From an uncultured virus (IMG/VR IMGVR_UViG_3300033074_000309) (taxonomy: Duplodnaviria > Heunggongvirae > Uroviricota > Caudoviricetes), in the IMG/VR virus record IMGVR_UViG_3300033074_000309: a stretch of DNA of 29,633 nt. One strand, written 5' to 3'. Position 1 is the stretch's first letter. Every line of letters starts with the position of its first letter. Made by a program: the position numbers and the translations under genes. Of this stretch, positions 17,579-26,869 are shown in pieces. Under the pieces are notes generated by a model. It was not told where the DNA came from. It ran no database searches and saw nothing but the letters and a program-made list of their open reading frames with translations.

Positions 17579-20500
17579 TTATCTATCAGATATTCTGTAA
17601 TTTGTTTTAAAATTGTTAACAATAAATCTATTATTAAGTGTATTAGGATAATATAAATCTACAATCATATATTTATCTCTAATTCTCTCACCAAACATAG
17701 TCTTAGTAAGATTAGCAGGATTAAATAAAGATACTAATGAAGGAGCTGTACTATCATAATCAAACTTGTTTCTAGGTATTTGTACATTAAAATTACGTTC
17801 TTTTCTAGTAAGAGTATTATTAGGAGAAATAGTACTTAATGTTAACCAATCTGTATTTTGCCAGTCATTATAACATCTAATCTTAGTAAATGTATCTGAT
17901 TGATGATTAACATCATCTGGATAACTAGGATTAGTAGGTGAACCTGGATATATATTTAAATCATCATTCCATTCTATATTATCTTTAATAGATTCACTAT
18001 TCCAAGTAGAATTATCAAATATTTTAGTATGTAATGGATTATCATTAACTATTAATTTTAAAGTACTAGGATATTGAGTATTATAAAACAAACCATAATT
18101 ACCATAATTATGAAACCATAACTTATTAGAACTATTAGTTGATATTAAATATTTATTACTATTAATATATAAATTAGGTGTAAATGAATACATACCTGTA
18201 AAAGCATCTAATATTTCAGAATAAGCTAATGTAAGATTTTCATTATTAGTAGTATCTTCAGTTAACACATTATTAAAAGTATATAAGAACTCATTATGAT
18301 AATAGTCATATGTAGTTATAATACCTTTATTAATAATAGGATTATCATTCTTTAATAACTTATTATGTAATCTTTTAATTACAAAGTTTCTCTGACCTTT
18401 AACATCGGATATAGGAGTTACTGATTCACCATTAAATAAATAAATCTTCTTATGTCTAGCATCAACAAATGTTATAGCTGATTGAGATCTATATACTGAC
18501 CATTGATGTACAGTACCAGTATCTATAGCTTTATAATAATGTTTTTGAATAACTTGTCCATCAGTACCATTACCTAATTTAATAGGTGTACCAGCAGAAT
18601 CATTAATCATTGATACAGGATTAATTAATAACATACCAACACCTCTATCTTGTAGATAATACATATTCTCTTTAAGAGATATTAAAGCATTTATACCACC
18701 ATAATTACCCTCTACATCATAGAAGTTATTAGTTAAATATACAGCCCATGAATCTAAAGGTTCATTATTAAACTTAAGTTCTGACCAATATATTCTGTTA
18801 ATCCATTCATCAGCATTTTGAAAATTTAGTGGTTCAGGAAAATATACTTTAGTATCATTTTCAGCATTACAATATGTATTATAAGAATATTTATCTTCAT
18901 CATAACCTAAATCTGATGATATACTTCTATTTGGATGTTCACCAAGTCTTAATTCTACATTATGTGTAACTGTAGTTGGAAAGAAAAATGATGTGCTAAA
19001 TTGTGCAGCTCTTAATGCAAAAGGATTAGCTCCAGCTGATATGAATGTTCCAGAAGAATTATGTTGCATAACTCTAAATTCAGAACCTGTTCCATCTGCA
19101 AATTTACAAGTTTTCATCATATCATATATTGCTGTAAATATGTCACCACCAAAAACTGTTAATGTAATATTATTGTTTACATTAGTATTATTTTCATTAG
19201 TAGAAATATATTCGCTACAAGGTATATATTCATTAGTACTTCTAGCTGCATATGTTGCACCATTATATAAGTTAGGATTAGGTTTATAATATAAAGCTAA
19301 TACTTTTTTAAATTCAGTATCATTAGCTCTACAACCATATGTAAAATATGTATATAAAGGAGAGTCTAATTCTAATATTGTAGTTTGTTTACCAAAACAA
19401 GGTTTATTAGTTGCTCCTACACCATTTAATGCTACATCATATCCATAATTTCTGATAGTATAACCACCTGTTAAAGAAGTTATTTCTGTATTACCATTAA
19501 TATAAGTTCCTTTTAATATTTTATAATCATTACTATTAGTTGTTAAAAAATCTGTATAATTACAATATGTAGTATCATCTAACATTTTCATGATGAAGAA
19601 TGGGTTTAATGGACCTGCATCATAATTAGTATTATCAAGATAAGGACCACTTGCTACACCATTAATTCTATTATTTGTTTGAGGAACTCTATTACCAGCA
19701 CTATCATAATTTTTAAGACCTGCTGTAAAGAATGCTCTATAACCTGAATCACCTCCAGCATTATAATTTACACATTTAACTCTACTTCTAACTAAAAGTT
19801 TATCACCTTCAGCAAATGTAGGTCTAAATCCAATATCAAAATCCCAACTATCAAACATTTTAATATCTGCAATATTAATATCTGTAGGGGTATCTGTTTC
19901 AGTATTTAATGTTTCAACAGTCCATTGACTAGGATATGGTGTATAGTATCTTTCTAATACAGGTGGAATTGGGGGTGCTGTAACTGCAAATGTAGCTTTA
20001 TCTGAATTCCAACTAGCTGGTAAACATGTACCTGAAACAGCTAATGGATTAGTATTATCTGGAGCAAAAGGATTTATCATACCACTTCCCCAAATAGTTC
20101 TATTATTACCATCACGTTTAACCCTAACTATTTGCCACCCACCAATAATATCTTTAATTAAATCTGTATTTACATCAAATTCAATTCCTAATATTTGTTG
20201 ATATTGAGTAGAATAGTTTACAGCAAAACTTAATCTAAAGTCTGGGTCTATACCCGCACCTGTAAAATAAGCGCTTGCAGTAGCATCTGGATGATGATTA
20301 TAATCACCATAACTTGGCATTTTAATATCACCTATCCATTTACTGAAATAAGGATTACCTTGTTTATCAAATGCTTGAAATGCAAATCTATATATTTCTT
20401 CATGTTGAAATCCTTTTAATAAAGAAGTTCTTTCAGGTTGTTTTAAAGCTTGAAACTTATTATTCTGAGGATATTTATAATGTAAATCAACAGTTCCAGA

Positions 20501-22303
20501 AACTGTTCCAGTACTACGATAAGGACTTTGCGGAGTACCTAAATCATAATCATCACCTGTAGATATACTTAAATTATTATCAGATTGAATACTAAAGGTT
20601 TTAAAACTATAAGATATATTAACTCCTTCACCACCTAATTCAGGTTGAGGATTACTTATAGTGCTTGGTTTTAAATAACAAGCTAATGAATTATAATCTC
20701 CTGATGAATCATAATATTCATTAATAGTATCTTCTGTTTCAGGTAATGCTTTAGCTTGAGCTAATGTAAAAGGTGCATTTATACCACTATTTTTTAAATT
20801 AATATCTCCTGTAGCATTTGATCTAAAAGCTCTAGCATCAAATGATTTTAAATTTTTTCTTGGAGCTCTAACATTACCCCAAAATAATCTATTATCTTTA
20901 GTATCACAAGTTTTAGCATGTGTAAATGTACCATTGAATAATAAAAATTCTTCTAATGTAACTTCAGTATATGTTGTAACTGTAGTATCAGAATATGTAA
21001 ATGTCATATCTTCTAATAGTGTAGTAGTACCTAATGATGTAATCACTGGTACAGCACTTTCAGAATCTCTATATGTTACAATAAATTCTATCTGATCATA
21101 ATTCATATCTAATCCTATAAGTTTCCAAGTAATTGATTTACCGGAAGCTCCTAATGAACCTTGGTAATCTTGAAAAGCATCTGATTCAGCGTTAGTAGTT
21201 AAATAAACTGGATTACTTAATTCTGAATAGTTAGTTACAGAACCTAATACTTTAGATAATCTATAACCAGCTTGAAAACAACCTGCAGGTAATCCTGGAC
21301 TAGCTGTTCCAATAGAACTTAATATAGCTTGAATATATTCTACTTTAGGCATTACACTTAATTGTGTAGGATCTAAAGCCATTAATTGAGGTTGAGTACA
21401 GTTAAGTACTCTAATCTTATTATAATTATCAGACCAATAAATACGTTGTATTTCTAAACTTTCATATCTACCAGTAATAGCACTAGGTGGTATTGGATGA
21501 TATTTAGTAAAATCTAAATTATTAGAATAAATTAAAGTTAAGGTATGTTGTTTAGTAATATCGTCAATATTTAATTTCCATATAGCACCACCAAATTGTA
21601 ATTCATCATTAGCAGGAATTTCAGCAGAATATCCTGCTGGTCCATACGTAGGATTATCAGTAGCTGTTAATATATAAATATCATTTAATATGAATGTAGA
21701 ACCTATAGGAATTATTAAATCACTAGGACATCCTGCAACATAAGGTTTTGTAGTATTTTGAGTTAAACTATTGGCGACTCCTTGATTAACAAAATATAAA
21801 TTTGCTTGTGATCCGTCACTTGTAGTTGGCGTTAATACAATAGCACTAGCAACAGATGCTACTGTAGTACAATCTTGGTATACAGGTTGATTATAAATTA
21901 CAATATAATTATCTTTATAAGCTACTGCAAATGTTTTATTAACTACTGTAGAACCAGTATATTGATAACAATTTTCAAAATTAGCTATAATCCAATTATA
22001 TAAATCTAATCCTTTAGTATTATTATTTAAAGTACTATATGTATATGTAACACCATTAATTTCAATATCTGTAGAGTTATCTGTAGAATTAGTACCTTCA
22101 GTAACTATTAATTTAAATACAGGTTGTAAATCAGGAAATGTAATTTTACATTCATTACCTTTAATATTTACTAATGAACCATTAGAAGCTCCTAATTCAT
22201 TTAATCCTCTAAAATTTAATGCTTGTAAATATGAATCTTTAGAATGTATCTGTTTAGATACATCAGAATTCATACCATTACTAAATGAGTTAATTGTTTC
22301 CAT
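17579..22303 (-). CDS. Tail muzzle / tail stabilization protein (P22 gp10-like, crAss Tstab), 1574 aa
   Basis: N-terminus NSFSNGMNSD...YLQALNFR...GSLVNIKGN, plus RIYWSDNYN, KDNRLFWGNV, EIYRFAF, and C-terminal GERIRDKYMIVDL. Beta-rich. Lies between a ring gene and the cargo genes, as in crAss-like phages. Confidence 0.8.
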   Translation of the reverse strand: METINSFSNGMNSDVSKQIHSKDSYLQALNFRGLNELGASNGSLVNIKGNECKITFPDLQPVFKLIVTEGTNSTDNSTDIEINGVTYTYSTLNNNTKGLDLYNWIIANFENCYQYTGSTVVNKTFAVAYKDNYIVIYNQPVYQDCTTVASVASAIVLTPTTSDGSQANLYFVNQGVANSLTQNTTKPYVAGCPSDLIIPIGSTFILNDIYILTATDNPTYGPAGYSAEIPANDELQFGGAIWKLNIDDITKQHTLTLIYSNNLDFTKYHPIPPSAITGRYESLEIQRIYWSDNYNKIRVLNCTQPQLMALDPTQLSVMPKVEYIQAILSSIGTASPGLPAGCFQAGYRLSKVLGSVTNYSELSNPVYLTTNAESDAFQDYQGSLGASGKSITWKLIGLDMNYDQIEFIVTYRDSESAVPVITSLGTTTLLEDMTFTYSDTTVTTYTEVTLEEFLLFNGTFTHAKTCDTKDNRLFWGNVRAPRKNLKSFDARAFRSNATGDINLKNSGINAPFTLAQAKALPETEDTINEYYDSSGDYNSLACYLKPSTISNPQPELGGEGVNISYSFKTFSIQSDNNLSISTGDDYDLGTPQSPYRSTGTVSGTVDLHYKYPQNNKFQALKQPERTSLLKGFQHEEIYRFAFQAFDKQGNPYFSKWIGDIKMPSYGDYNHHPDATASAYFTGAGIDPDFRLSFAVNYSTQYQQILGIEFDVNTDLIKDIIGGWQIVRVKRDGNNRTIWGSGMINPFAPDNTNPLAVSGTCLPASWNSDKATFAVTAPPIPPVLERYYTPYPSQWTVETLNTETDTPTDINIADIKMFDSWDFDIGFRPTFAEGDKLLVRSRVKCVNYNAGGDSGYRAFFTAGLKNYDSAGNRVPQTNNRINGVASGPYLDNTNYDAGPLNPFFIMKMLDDTTYCNYTDFLTTNSNDYKILKGTYINGNTEITSLTGGYTIRNYGYDVALNGVGATNKPCFGKQTTILELDSPLYTYFTYGCRANDTEFKKVLALYYKPNPNLYNGATYAARSTNEYIPCSEYISTNENNTNVNNNITLTVFGGDIFTAIYDMMKTCKFADGTGSEFRVMQHNSSGTFISAGANPFALRAAQFSTSFFFPTTVTHNVELRLGEHPNRSISSDLGYDEDKYSYNTYCNAENDTKVYFPEPLNFQNADEWINRIYWSELKFNNEPLDSWAVYLTNNFYDVEGNYGGINALISLKENMYYLQDRGVGMLLINPVSMINDSAGTPIKLGNGTDGQVIQKHYYKAIDTGTVHQWSVYRSQSAITFVDARHKKIYLFNGESVTPISDVKGQRNFVIKRLHNKLLKNDNPIINKGIITTYDYYHNEFLYTFNNVLTEDTTNNENLTLAYSEILDAFTGMYSFTPNLYINSNKYLISTNSSNKLWFHNYGNYGLFYNTQYPSTLKLIVNDNPLHTKIFDNSTWNSESIKDNIEWNDDLNIYPGSPTNPSYPDDVNHQSDTFTKIRCYNDWQNTDWLTLSTISPNNTLTRKERNFNVQIPRNKFDYDSTAPSLVSLFNPANLTKTMFGERIRDKYMIVDLYYPNTLNNRFIVNNFKTNYRISDR

Positions 22304-23022
22304 TAATATTTAATTCTTCTTTCTTGTTTGTTAGTATTTTGAAAAAATCCATTATATGAATTTTGTTTTGGAATAAGTCTAACCATAATATTTTTAAGAT
22401 TCTCAAGTTGAGCAGCATTTGGCATATTAGCAGCACCTCTAGCACTCTTAACATAAAATAAATAATCTTGTTCAGATTTTTGAAATACTTTATCAGGTAA
22501 TTGTCCTTTTCTCCAATCTTGATAATCTAACATATAAGTTACATATTTAGCACAGGCTTCTAAAAAGTATACATCATCTGGTATCATTGGATAACCATCA
22601 CAATCTACAGGCATTCCTAAATAAACCATACATAATTTATCAGGACATTTTTCACTTGTAGAGTTTTTAATATCTGTAATAATATAACTATCATTAATAT
22701 AAAAGTTATATTCTGTACAACATTTAGGAATCATACATCCTTCACATTGATAATTATGAGCTAATGTATTTGTAGCCCAATGTAAAGGTTGTCCTTGATA
22801 CATTATATCTACAAGTTTATAGAATCCATTAGGTAAACAAGCTTTACCATCAGTTAATTCTATACATTCAGATATTTCTTTAAATTGGGAATAAGCCCCA
22901 ACTTTAAGTAATACTTCGTTAGACCATTCTACAATATTAGAAAAGTCTATTTCTTTATTTATACCTAGATCTCTATATAATTTACTTGCTATAGTACCTA
23001 CTGAAACATATCCACTAATCAT
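22303..23022 (-). CDS. Tail ring / tail tubular protein (crAss Ttub-like), 239 aa
   Basis: Directly upstream of the muzzle gene with a TAATG overlap. The motif YLGMPVDCDGYPMIPDD resembles crAss ring proteins. Confidence 0.7.
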   Translation of the reverse strand: MISGYVSVGTIASKLYRDLGINKEIDFSNIVEWSNEVLLKVGAYSQFKEISECIELTDGKACLPNGFYKLVDIMYQGQPLHWATNTLAHNYQCEGCMIPKCCTEYNFYINDSYIITDIKNSTSEKCPDKLCMVYLGMPVDCDGYPMIPDDVYFLEACAKYVTYMLDYQDWRKGQLPDKVFQKSEQDYLFYVKSARGAANMPNAAQLENLKNIMVRLIPKQNSYNGFFQNTNKQERRIKY

Positions 23023-23024
23023 TT

Positions 23025-23780
23025 TTAAATATTTTTAAATTTCCATCTATAACCTTTTGTTATAGAATTATTTTTACATCTTTTTCCTAAATAACAAACA
23101 TTACAATTTATATCTTTAGCTGCTTCTTTTATTGAGTTATACTCTTTAATAATTTCTCCTTCTAAACTTAATTTTAAAACATTTTTAGTTTTAGGAGGAG
23201 GTAATCTTTTAATCATAGCTTCAATAACTTCTTTTGATTTTTCAGGTTTTTTCTTTCCTTTATTTGATATTGAAATTTTATTTTTCCATTCTTCAGTAAA
23301 ATTTTCTCTTTTAATACCTATTTTAGATAACCTTATTTTTTCTATATGTTCTTTTGATAATTTTTTACCTTTATTAAATATTGATATTTTCTTTTTAGTT
23401 TCATCTGAAACAATATATTTTTTAATACCTCCTCCACCATCTGTTAAATTACAAAGAGGTCCTAAACCTAAATCTCTTCTACCAATAACTTTAATTAATT
23501 TTACTTCTAAATCTAAACATTTTTCTTCAGATAATAAATTTAATTTTATACAAATAGGTTTAATATTTTTATCTTTTAAAGATTTCATTTTACTATACAT
23601 AAAAGTATTTGTTTTCTTATATTTATGAACATTTATTCTATTACCAGTACCTTTACCTATATAAAAAGGTTCATAATCAAAATTAAAATTTAAATCATTT
23701 AAAATATAATTATATTTTCCTGGTTTTGTAGGATCTAAATATACATAATTATAAAATCTATAAATGTTATTACTTATCAT
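23025..23780 (-). mobile_element. Free-standing GIY-YIG homing endonuclease with NUMOD3 repeats and a C-terminal NUMOD1/HTH domain, 251 aa
   Basis: YVYLDP...FYIGKGTGNR...H...LE..LI...GRR...GPLCNLTDGG catalytic domain. SDETKKKIS/SKEHIEKIR/TEEWKNKIS repeats. C-terminal EIIKEYNSIKEAAK...GYRWKF. Lys-rich and very AT-rich. Confidence 0.85.
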
Positions 23781-24211
23781 TATTTATAATAGTCTATACC
23801 ACTTTTAACAGCAGTGTTAATTAATCTAGAAGCCATTCTTACAGGTTTAAAATGATAATACATTTTACCTTTAATTAATGCTTTACTTTTATTCCATTTC
23901 CATCTATAACCATATTGTTCACCATAATAAACAGTATAACCTAGTTCTTTAGATTTTTTATAATCTACTTTCCATTTATATTGTTTATCAGGATCATATC
24001 TATTCTCAAACTTAATAATCTGTAAACTACCTCCTGAATAAGGTAATTTAAAAGTACCATTTGATAATACATAATCTCTAATTATAGTATTAGCTTGTCT
24101 TATTATTTTTGCAAAAATTTTATAATCTTTATAAGGTAGTTTCTTTTTAATACAATTTTCCTTATAATAATCATAATAATTTTTTAATCCTTTCTCTGTT
24201 GTATATCCCAT
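23780..24211 (-). CDS. IHF/HU-like small basic protein conserved in crAss-like tail modules, 143 aa
   Basis: Helical N-terminus followed by FKLPYSGGSLQIIK...VDYKKSK...YRWKW...FKPVR. Located between ring genes. Confidence 0.6.
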   Translation of the reverse strand: MGYTTEKGLKNYYDYYKENCIKKKLPYKDYKIFAKIIRQANTIIRDYVLSNGTFKLPYSGGSLQIIKFENRYDPDKQYKWKVDYKKSKELGYTVYYGEQYGYRWKWNKSKALIKGKMYYHFKPVRMASRLINTAVKSGIDYYK

Positions 24212-24897
24212 TATAATCCTTTAATATTAGGTTGTTCATTAATATTAGCTCCATCATTCTTATTATCAGCTGGAAGTTGTAAGAATGGAAATACTTTAGT
24301 TTTAAGTACTATATTAGTAATATCATTAGCCATTTTAAGACTGCAAGGATATGTACTATTCCATCCAAAACAAGCATTATTAGAACAATTAATATAACTT
24401 GATAAATCTGAAGGATCTTCAAATATAGCATATACATTAACAGTTTCTAATAACTGATCATTAGTTATGTAAAGATAGTTATTTTTTAGATACCAATTAC
24501 TTTTATTTCCAGTATATTTATTATACTTATTATAAACTGCTTCAAATACATTAGATCTAGTTATAATTTCACCTGTAGGTTTAGTAACTCTAACAATATT
24601 ATTATCATTATAAGTTTCAATAGTAGATGGTATTTGTTTTACTGTTTTTAAAATATAACAATCTGTAGTAATTTCACAACATTCTGAAGCATCTACTTGT
24701 TCTAATTCTAAGCAAGTAATACCTTGAATCCATAGATCTGTTAAATCTTGTTTCTTTTGTATTGCTTGAGATATAAGAGTAGCTCTAACCTCATTAACCC
24801 AAAAGAGTATCTGAGAATCCTCTATTTTAAATTCTACAGGGTTAGAACCACTTGAAGCAATGTTTCTAATATCTGAAACTATTTGTGATGTTGTCAT
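24211..24897 (-). CDS. Putative tail ring protein, 228 aa
   Basis: WVNEVRATLI, CLELEQVD..ECC and NVYAIFEDP motifs as I recall for crAss ring proteins, plus synteny. Confidence 0.6.
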   Translation of the reverse strand: MTTSQIVSDIRNIASSGSNPVEFKIEDSQILFWVNEVRATLISQAIQKKQDLTDLWIQGITCLELEQVDASECCEITTDCYILKTVKQIPSTIETYNDNNIVRVTKPTGEIITRSNVFEAVYNKYNKYTGNKSNWYLKNNYLYITNDQLLETVNVYAIFEDPSDLSSYINCSNNACFGWNSTYPCSLKMANDITNIVLKTKVFPFLQLPADNKNDGANINEQPNIKGL

Positions 24898-24920
24898 TTT
24901 AATATTATTTTATAAACTAG

Positions 24921-24944
24921 TATAGCCACAAACTAGTGGCTATA
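24921..24944. repeat. Inverted repeat / hairpin TATAGCCAC-N6-GTGGCTATA
   Basis: Perfect 9-bp inverted repeat in the intergenic gap, overlapping the downstream edge of the promoter-like motif. No clean U tract. Confidence 0.7.
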
Positions 24945-24979
24945 TTAATATAAGGTTTTTTATTGAATTATGCAAATTT
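24941..24979 (-). promoter_or_regulatory. Putative phage late promoter, copy 2 (AAATTTGCAT-N16-TTATATTAATATA)
   Basis: Same boxes and spacing as 17505-17543. Sits upstream of the ring/IHF/muzzle gene block. Confidence 0.6.
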
Positions 24980-25580
24980 ATTTTTTCTTAGGAATCCACC
25001 CATATAAACGGTATTTAAAGCTTATTAGAGGAGCTTTATTAATAAAGTCATAACCAAACCCATAAGTACATTTATCTACGCTTAAATCAGCTGTAATAGC
25101 CGCTGTGTTAAATCCTACAATACCTCCTGCATGTATTTCATACTTATAAGGTCTATATATTAAACTATCAATTTTAACTACAGTACTATCTTTAATTATT
25201 AAAGGTACTTTAAGCTTATAAGAAGGTTTAAATGAATTTAAAGTCTTACCCTGAGTTACAATTTTAGAATAGATCTTTACATTAGAATCTTCAATACTAT
25301 CATTATATACAAAGAATCTATTTAATTCTAAACTATCTACTGGTTGAGGTTTAAAACCTGTAGTATCTTTTACATATACAGGATAAAATACCTTCTTTTC
25401 TTTAAAGGATATAACAGTATCTTTAGGAAATATAGTATCTCTATAGTTAGTTACAGTAATTACTTTAGGTTCTTGAGGTTCAATTATTTTAGAACCACAA
25501 GATTTACCCCATAAGAATACTACACAAATTATAATTACTGTAGCTATTAAATTCCAATTATCTTTTATTTTACTCCACAT
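24978..25580 (-). CDS. Membrane-anchored protein, spanin candidate, 200 aa
   Basis: N-terminal TM helix (LIATVIIICVVFLW) followed by GKSCG, an extended RDTI/KDT/VDS linker and C-terminal amphipathic beta-strands. Last gene of the lysis cluster. Confidence 0.45.
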   Translation of the reverse strand: MWSKIKDNWNLIATVIIICVVFLWGKSCGSKIIEPQEPKVITVTNYRDTIFPKDTVISFKEKKVFYPVYVKDTTGFKPQPVDSLELNRFFVYNDSIEDSNVKIYSKIVTQGKTLNSFKPSYKLKVPLIIKDSTVVKIDSLIYRPYKYEIHAGGIVGFNTAAITADLSVDKCTYGFGYDFINKAPLISFKYRLYGWIPKKK

Positions 25581-25581
25581 G

Positions 25582-26040
25582 TTAGTTATAAACTCTAATT
25601 TCTATTGATGTTTTATTTAAAACATTGTCACTTGCTGTAAATGTAGGAACTCCTCCATCAAAAACTTCAGTTATAATTTCAATTTCGTCATCACTAGTTC
25701 TATATAATGAAAATTGTTTACCACTTCCTCTTGATTTATTTATCATAAAAAATGTCTTATTGGCAATAAACATTCCATTTAAAGTACCATTATAGGTACC
25801 TTGTCCAGGTCCAGAGTAAGTCCATTTTATGTTACCAATAGTATTTACTAATATTGTAGGTACTGGAGCATTTGTACCACTTTGAGTTAATAAAGCAATA
25901 TACACTTTATAACTACCATCTCCAGATTTACCATCACCATTTAAATAGTCTATAATTTCATTAATTTTTGTAAAATAATGTTTAACATCTGTTAACCATG
26001 CTCCTGTAAAAAACTTTGTTTTTAATTTATCTATGCTCAT
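25582..26040 (-). CDS. Hypothetical beta-rich protein, possibly fibre/decoration domain, 152 aa
   Basis: Short helical N-terminus plus a YKVYIALLTQSGTNAP...IEIRVYN domain that I recall at the C-termini of Bacteroidota phage fibre-like proteins. Translationally coupled by TAATG. Confidence 0.45.
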   Translation of the reverse strand: MSIDKLKTKFFTGAWLTDVKHYFTKINEIIDYLNGDGKSGDGSYKVYIALLTQSGTNAPVPTILVNTIGNIKWTYSGPGQGTYNGTLNGMFIANKTFFMINKSRGSGKQFSLYRTSDDEIEIITEVFDGGVPTFTASDNVLNKTSIEIRVYN

Positions 26041-26231
26041 TATTCTTTAGTTTTAATTGTTGAAAAATAACCACCAGCAGCAATTACTGCTGAAAGTACT
26101 AATTTAGGATATTCTTTTTTAATATCAAAAGTTGTCCAATCTATTGTCATCCAAGCAGATGCTATTGCTATGGTTATACCTATAATTGTTGCAGATAAAT
26201 CTGCTAATTTGTTTTTTACTGCTTTTGTCAT
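26040..26231 (-). CDS. Putative holin (2 TM), 63 aa
   Basis: Two hydrophobic segments (ATIIGITIAIASAW; LVLSAVIAAGGYF) and a charged tail, directly after the endolysin candidate. Confidence 0.55.
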   Translation of the reverse strand: MTKAVKNKLADLSATIIGITIAIASAWMTIDWTTFDIKKEYPKLVLSAVIAAGGYFSTIKTKE

Positions 26232-26232
26232 A

Positions 26233-26670
26233 TTATTTTTTATCTATAATTACAATTTGATATTCTGTATATTTAGTTAATTCTTGCATTAGTTTAGCAA
26301 GAGCTTTCATTGAAGTACCACCCAATAAACAATCTACACCTCTAGTACCTGTTAAAATACAACCATGTGTGTCTTTTGCAAAGTTTCCAGAATGTATTAA
26401 AACACCATCATAACCAACTACTCCTTGTAGTCTTGGTAATAATTTCTTAAATCTTGGTGACATATTTATAATTAAATTATATATACCTGAAGGTATAGCT
26501 GTTTCACCATATACTTTAGTTTCTCCTTTATCATCTAAATCACCATCTTTATTTATATCTCTACATACATCTTCTAATGTATCACAGATAAATATATCAT
26601 TTAGATATAATTTACCTATTGTAGTTTTACTTGTATAAGTATCTCTTTTAAGAGTTAATATTGCTTTCAT
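26233..26670 (-). CDS. DUF5675-like protein, probable endolysin (145 aa from MKAILTLKR)
   Basis: LTLKR...TIGKLY...CDTLED...ETAIPSGIY...SPRF...ILIH-like VLIHSGN..KDTHGCILTG with the His/Cys pair. Start moved to ATG 26670, 1 bp after the upstream TAA, to avoid a 56-bp overlap. Confidence 0.8.
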   Translation of the reverse strand: MKAILTLKRDTYTSKTTIGKLYLNDIFICDTLEDVCRDINKDGDLDDKGETKVYGETAIPSGIYNLIINMSPRFKKLLPRLQGVVGYDGVLIHSGNFAKDTHGCILTGTRGVDCLLGGTSMKALAKLMQELTKYTEYQIVIIDKK

Positions 26671-26671
26671 A

Positions 26672-26866
26672 TTAGTCTTTAATAGTTTCTTTATATTCTT
26701 TTCTCCATTTCCATATGGTATAACCACATGTGATTATAATCCCTAATATTCCAAGGAAATCTTCATATTGTCCTAATGTGTAACTTCCTAATAACATAAG
26801 TGCTGAATCAAATAGATCTAATGCTTTTAATAATTTTTGATGTAAAATGTCTAATATATGTTTCAT
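26672..26866 (-). CDS. Small membrane protein, holin/antiholin candidate, 64 aa
   Basis: TM segment FLGILGIIITCGYTIW and basic tail KWRKEYK, directly before the endolysin candidate. Confidence 0.55.
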   Translation of the reverse strand: MKHILDILHQKLLKALDLFDSALMLLGSYTLGQYEDFLGILGIIITCGYTIWKWRKEYKETIKD

Positions 26867-26869
26867 TTT

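Noticed and set aside
25..20562. Short plus-strand ORFs in the track (e.g. 25-258, 766-975, 1042-1284, 8807-9028, 11546-11938, 12245-12556, 16171-16410, 18993-19289, 20371-20562)
   Set aside because: All are antisense to long minus-strand genes, have Leu/Ser/Phe/Ile-rich shadow composition and show no motifs.
23025..23780. Group I intron around the homing endonuclease
   Set aside because: The ORF abuts both neighbours (1-bp overlap and 2-bp gap), leaving no room for a ribozyme core, and the flanking genes look complete.
26671..26727. 19-aa N-terminal extension of the DUF5675-like gene
   Set aside because: It overlaps the upstream TM gene. The family-like sequence begins at MKAILTLKR (ATG 26670).
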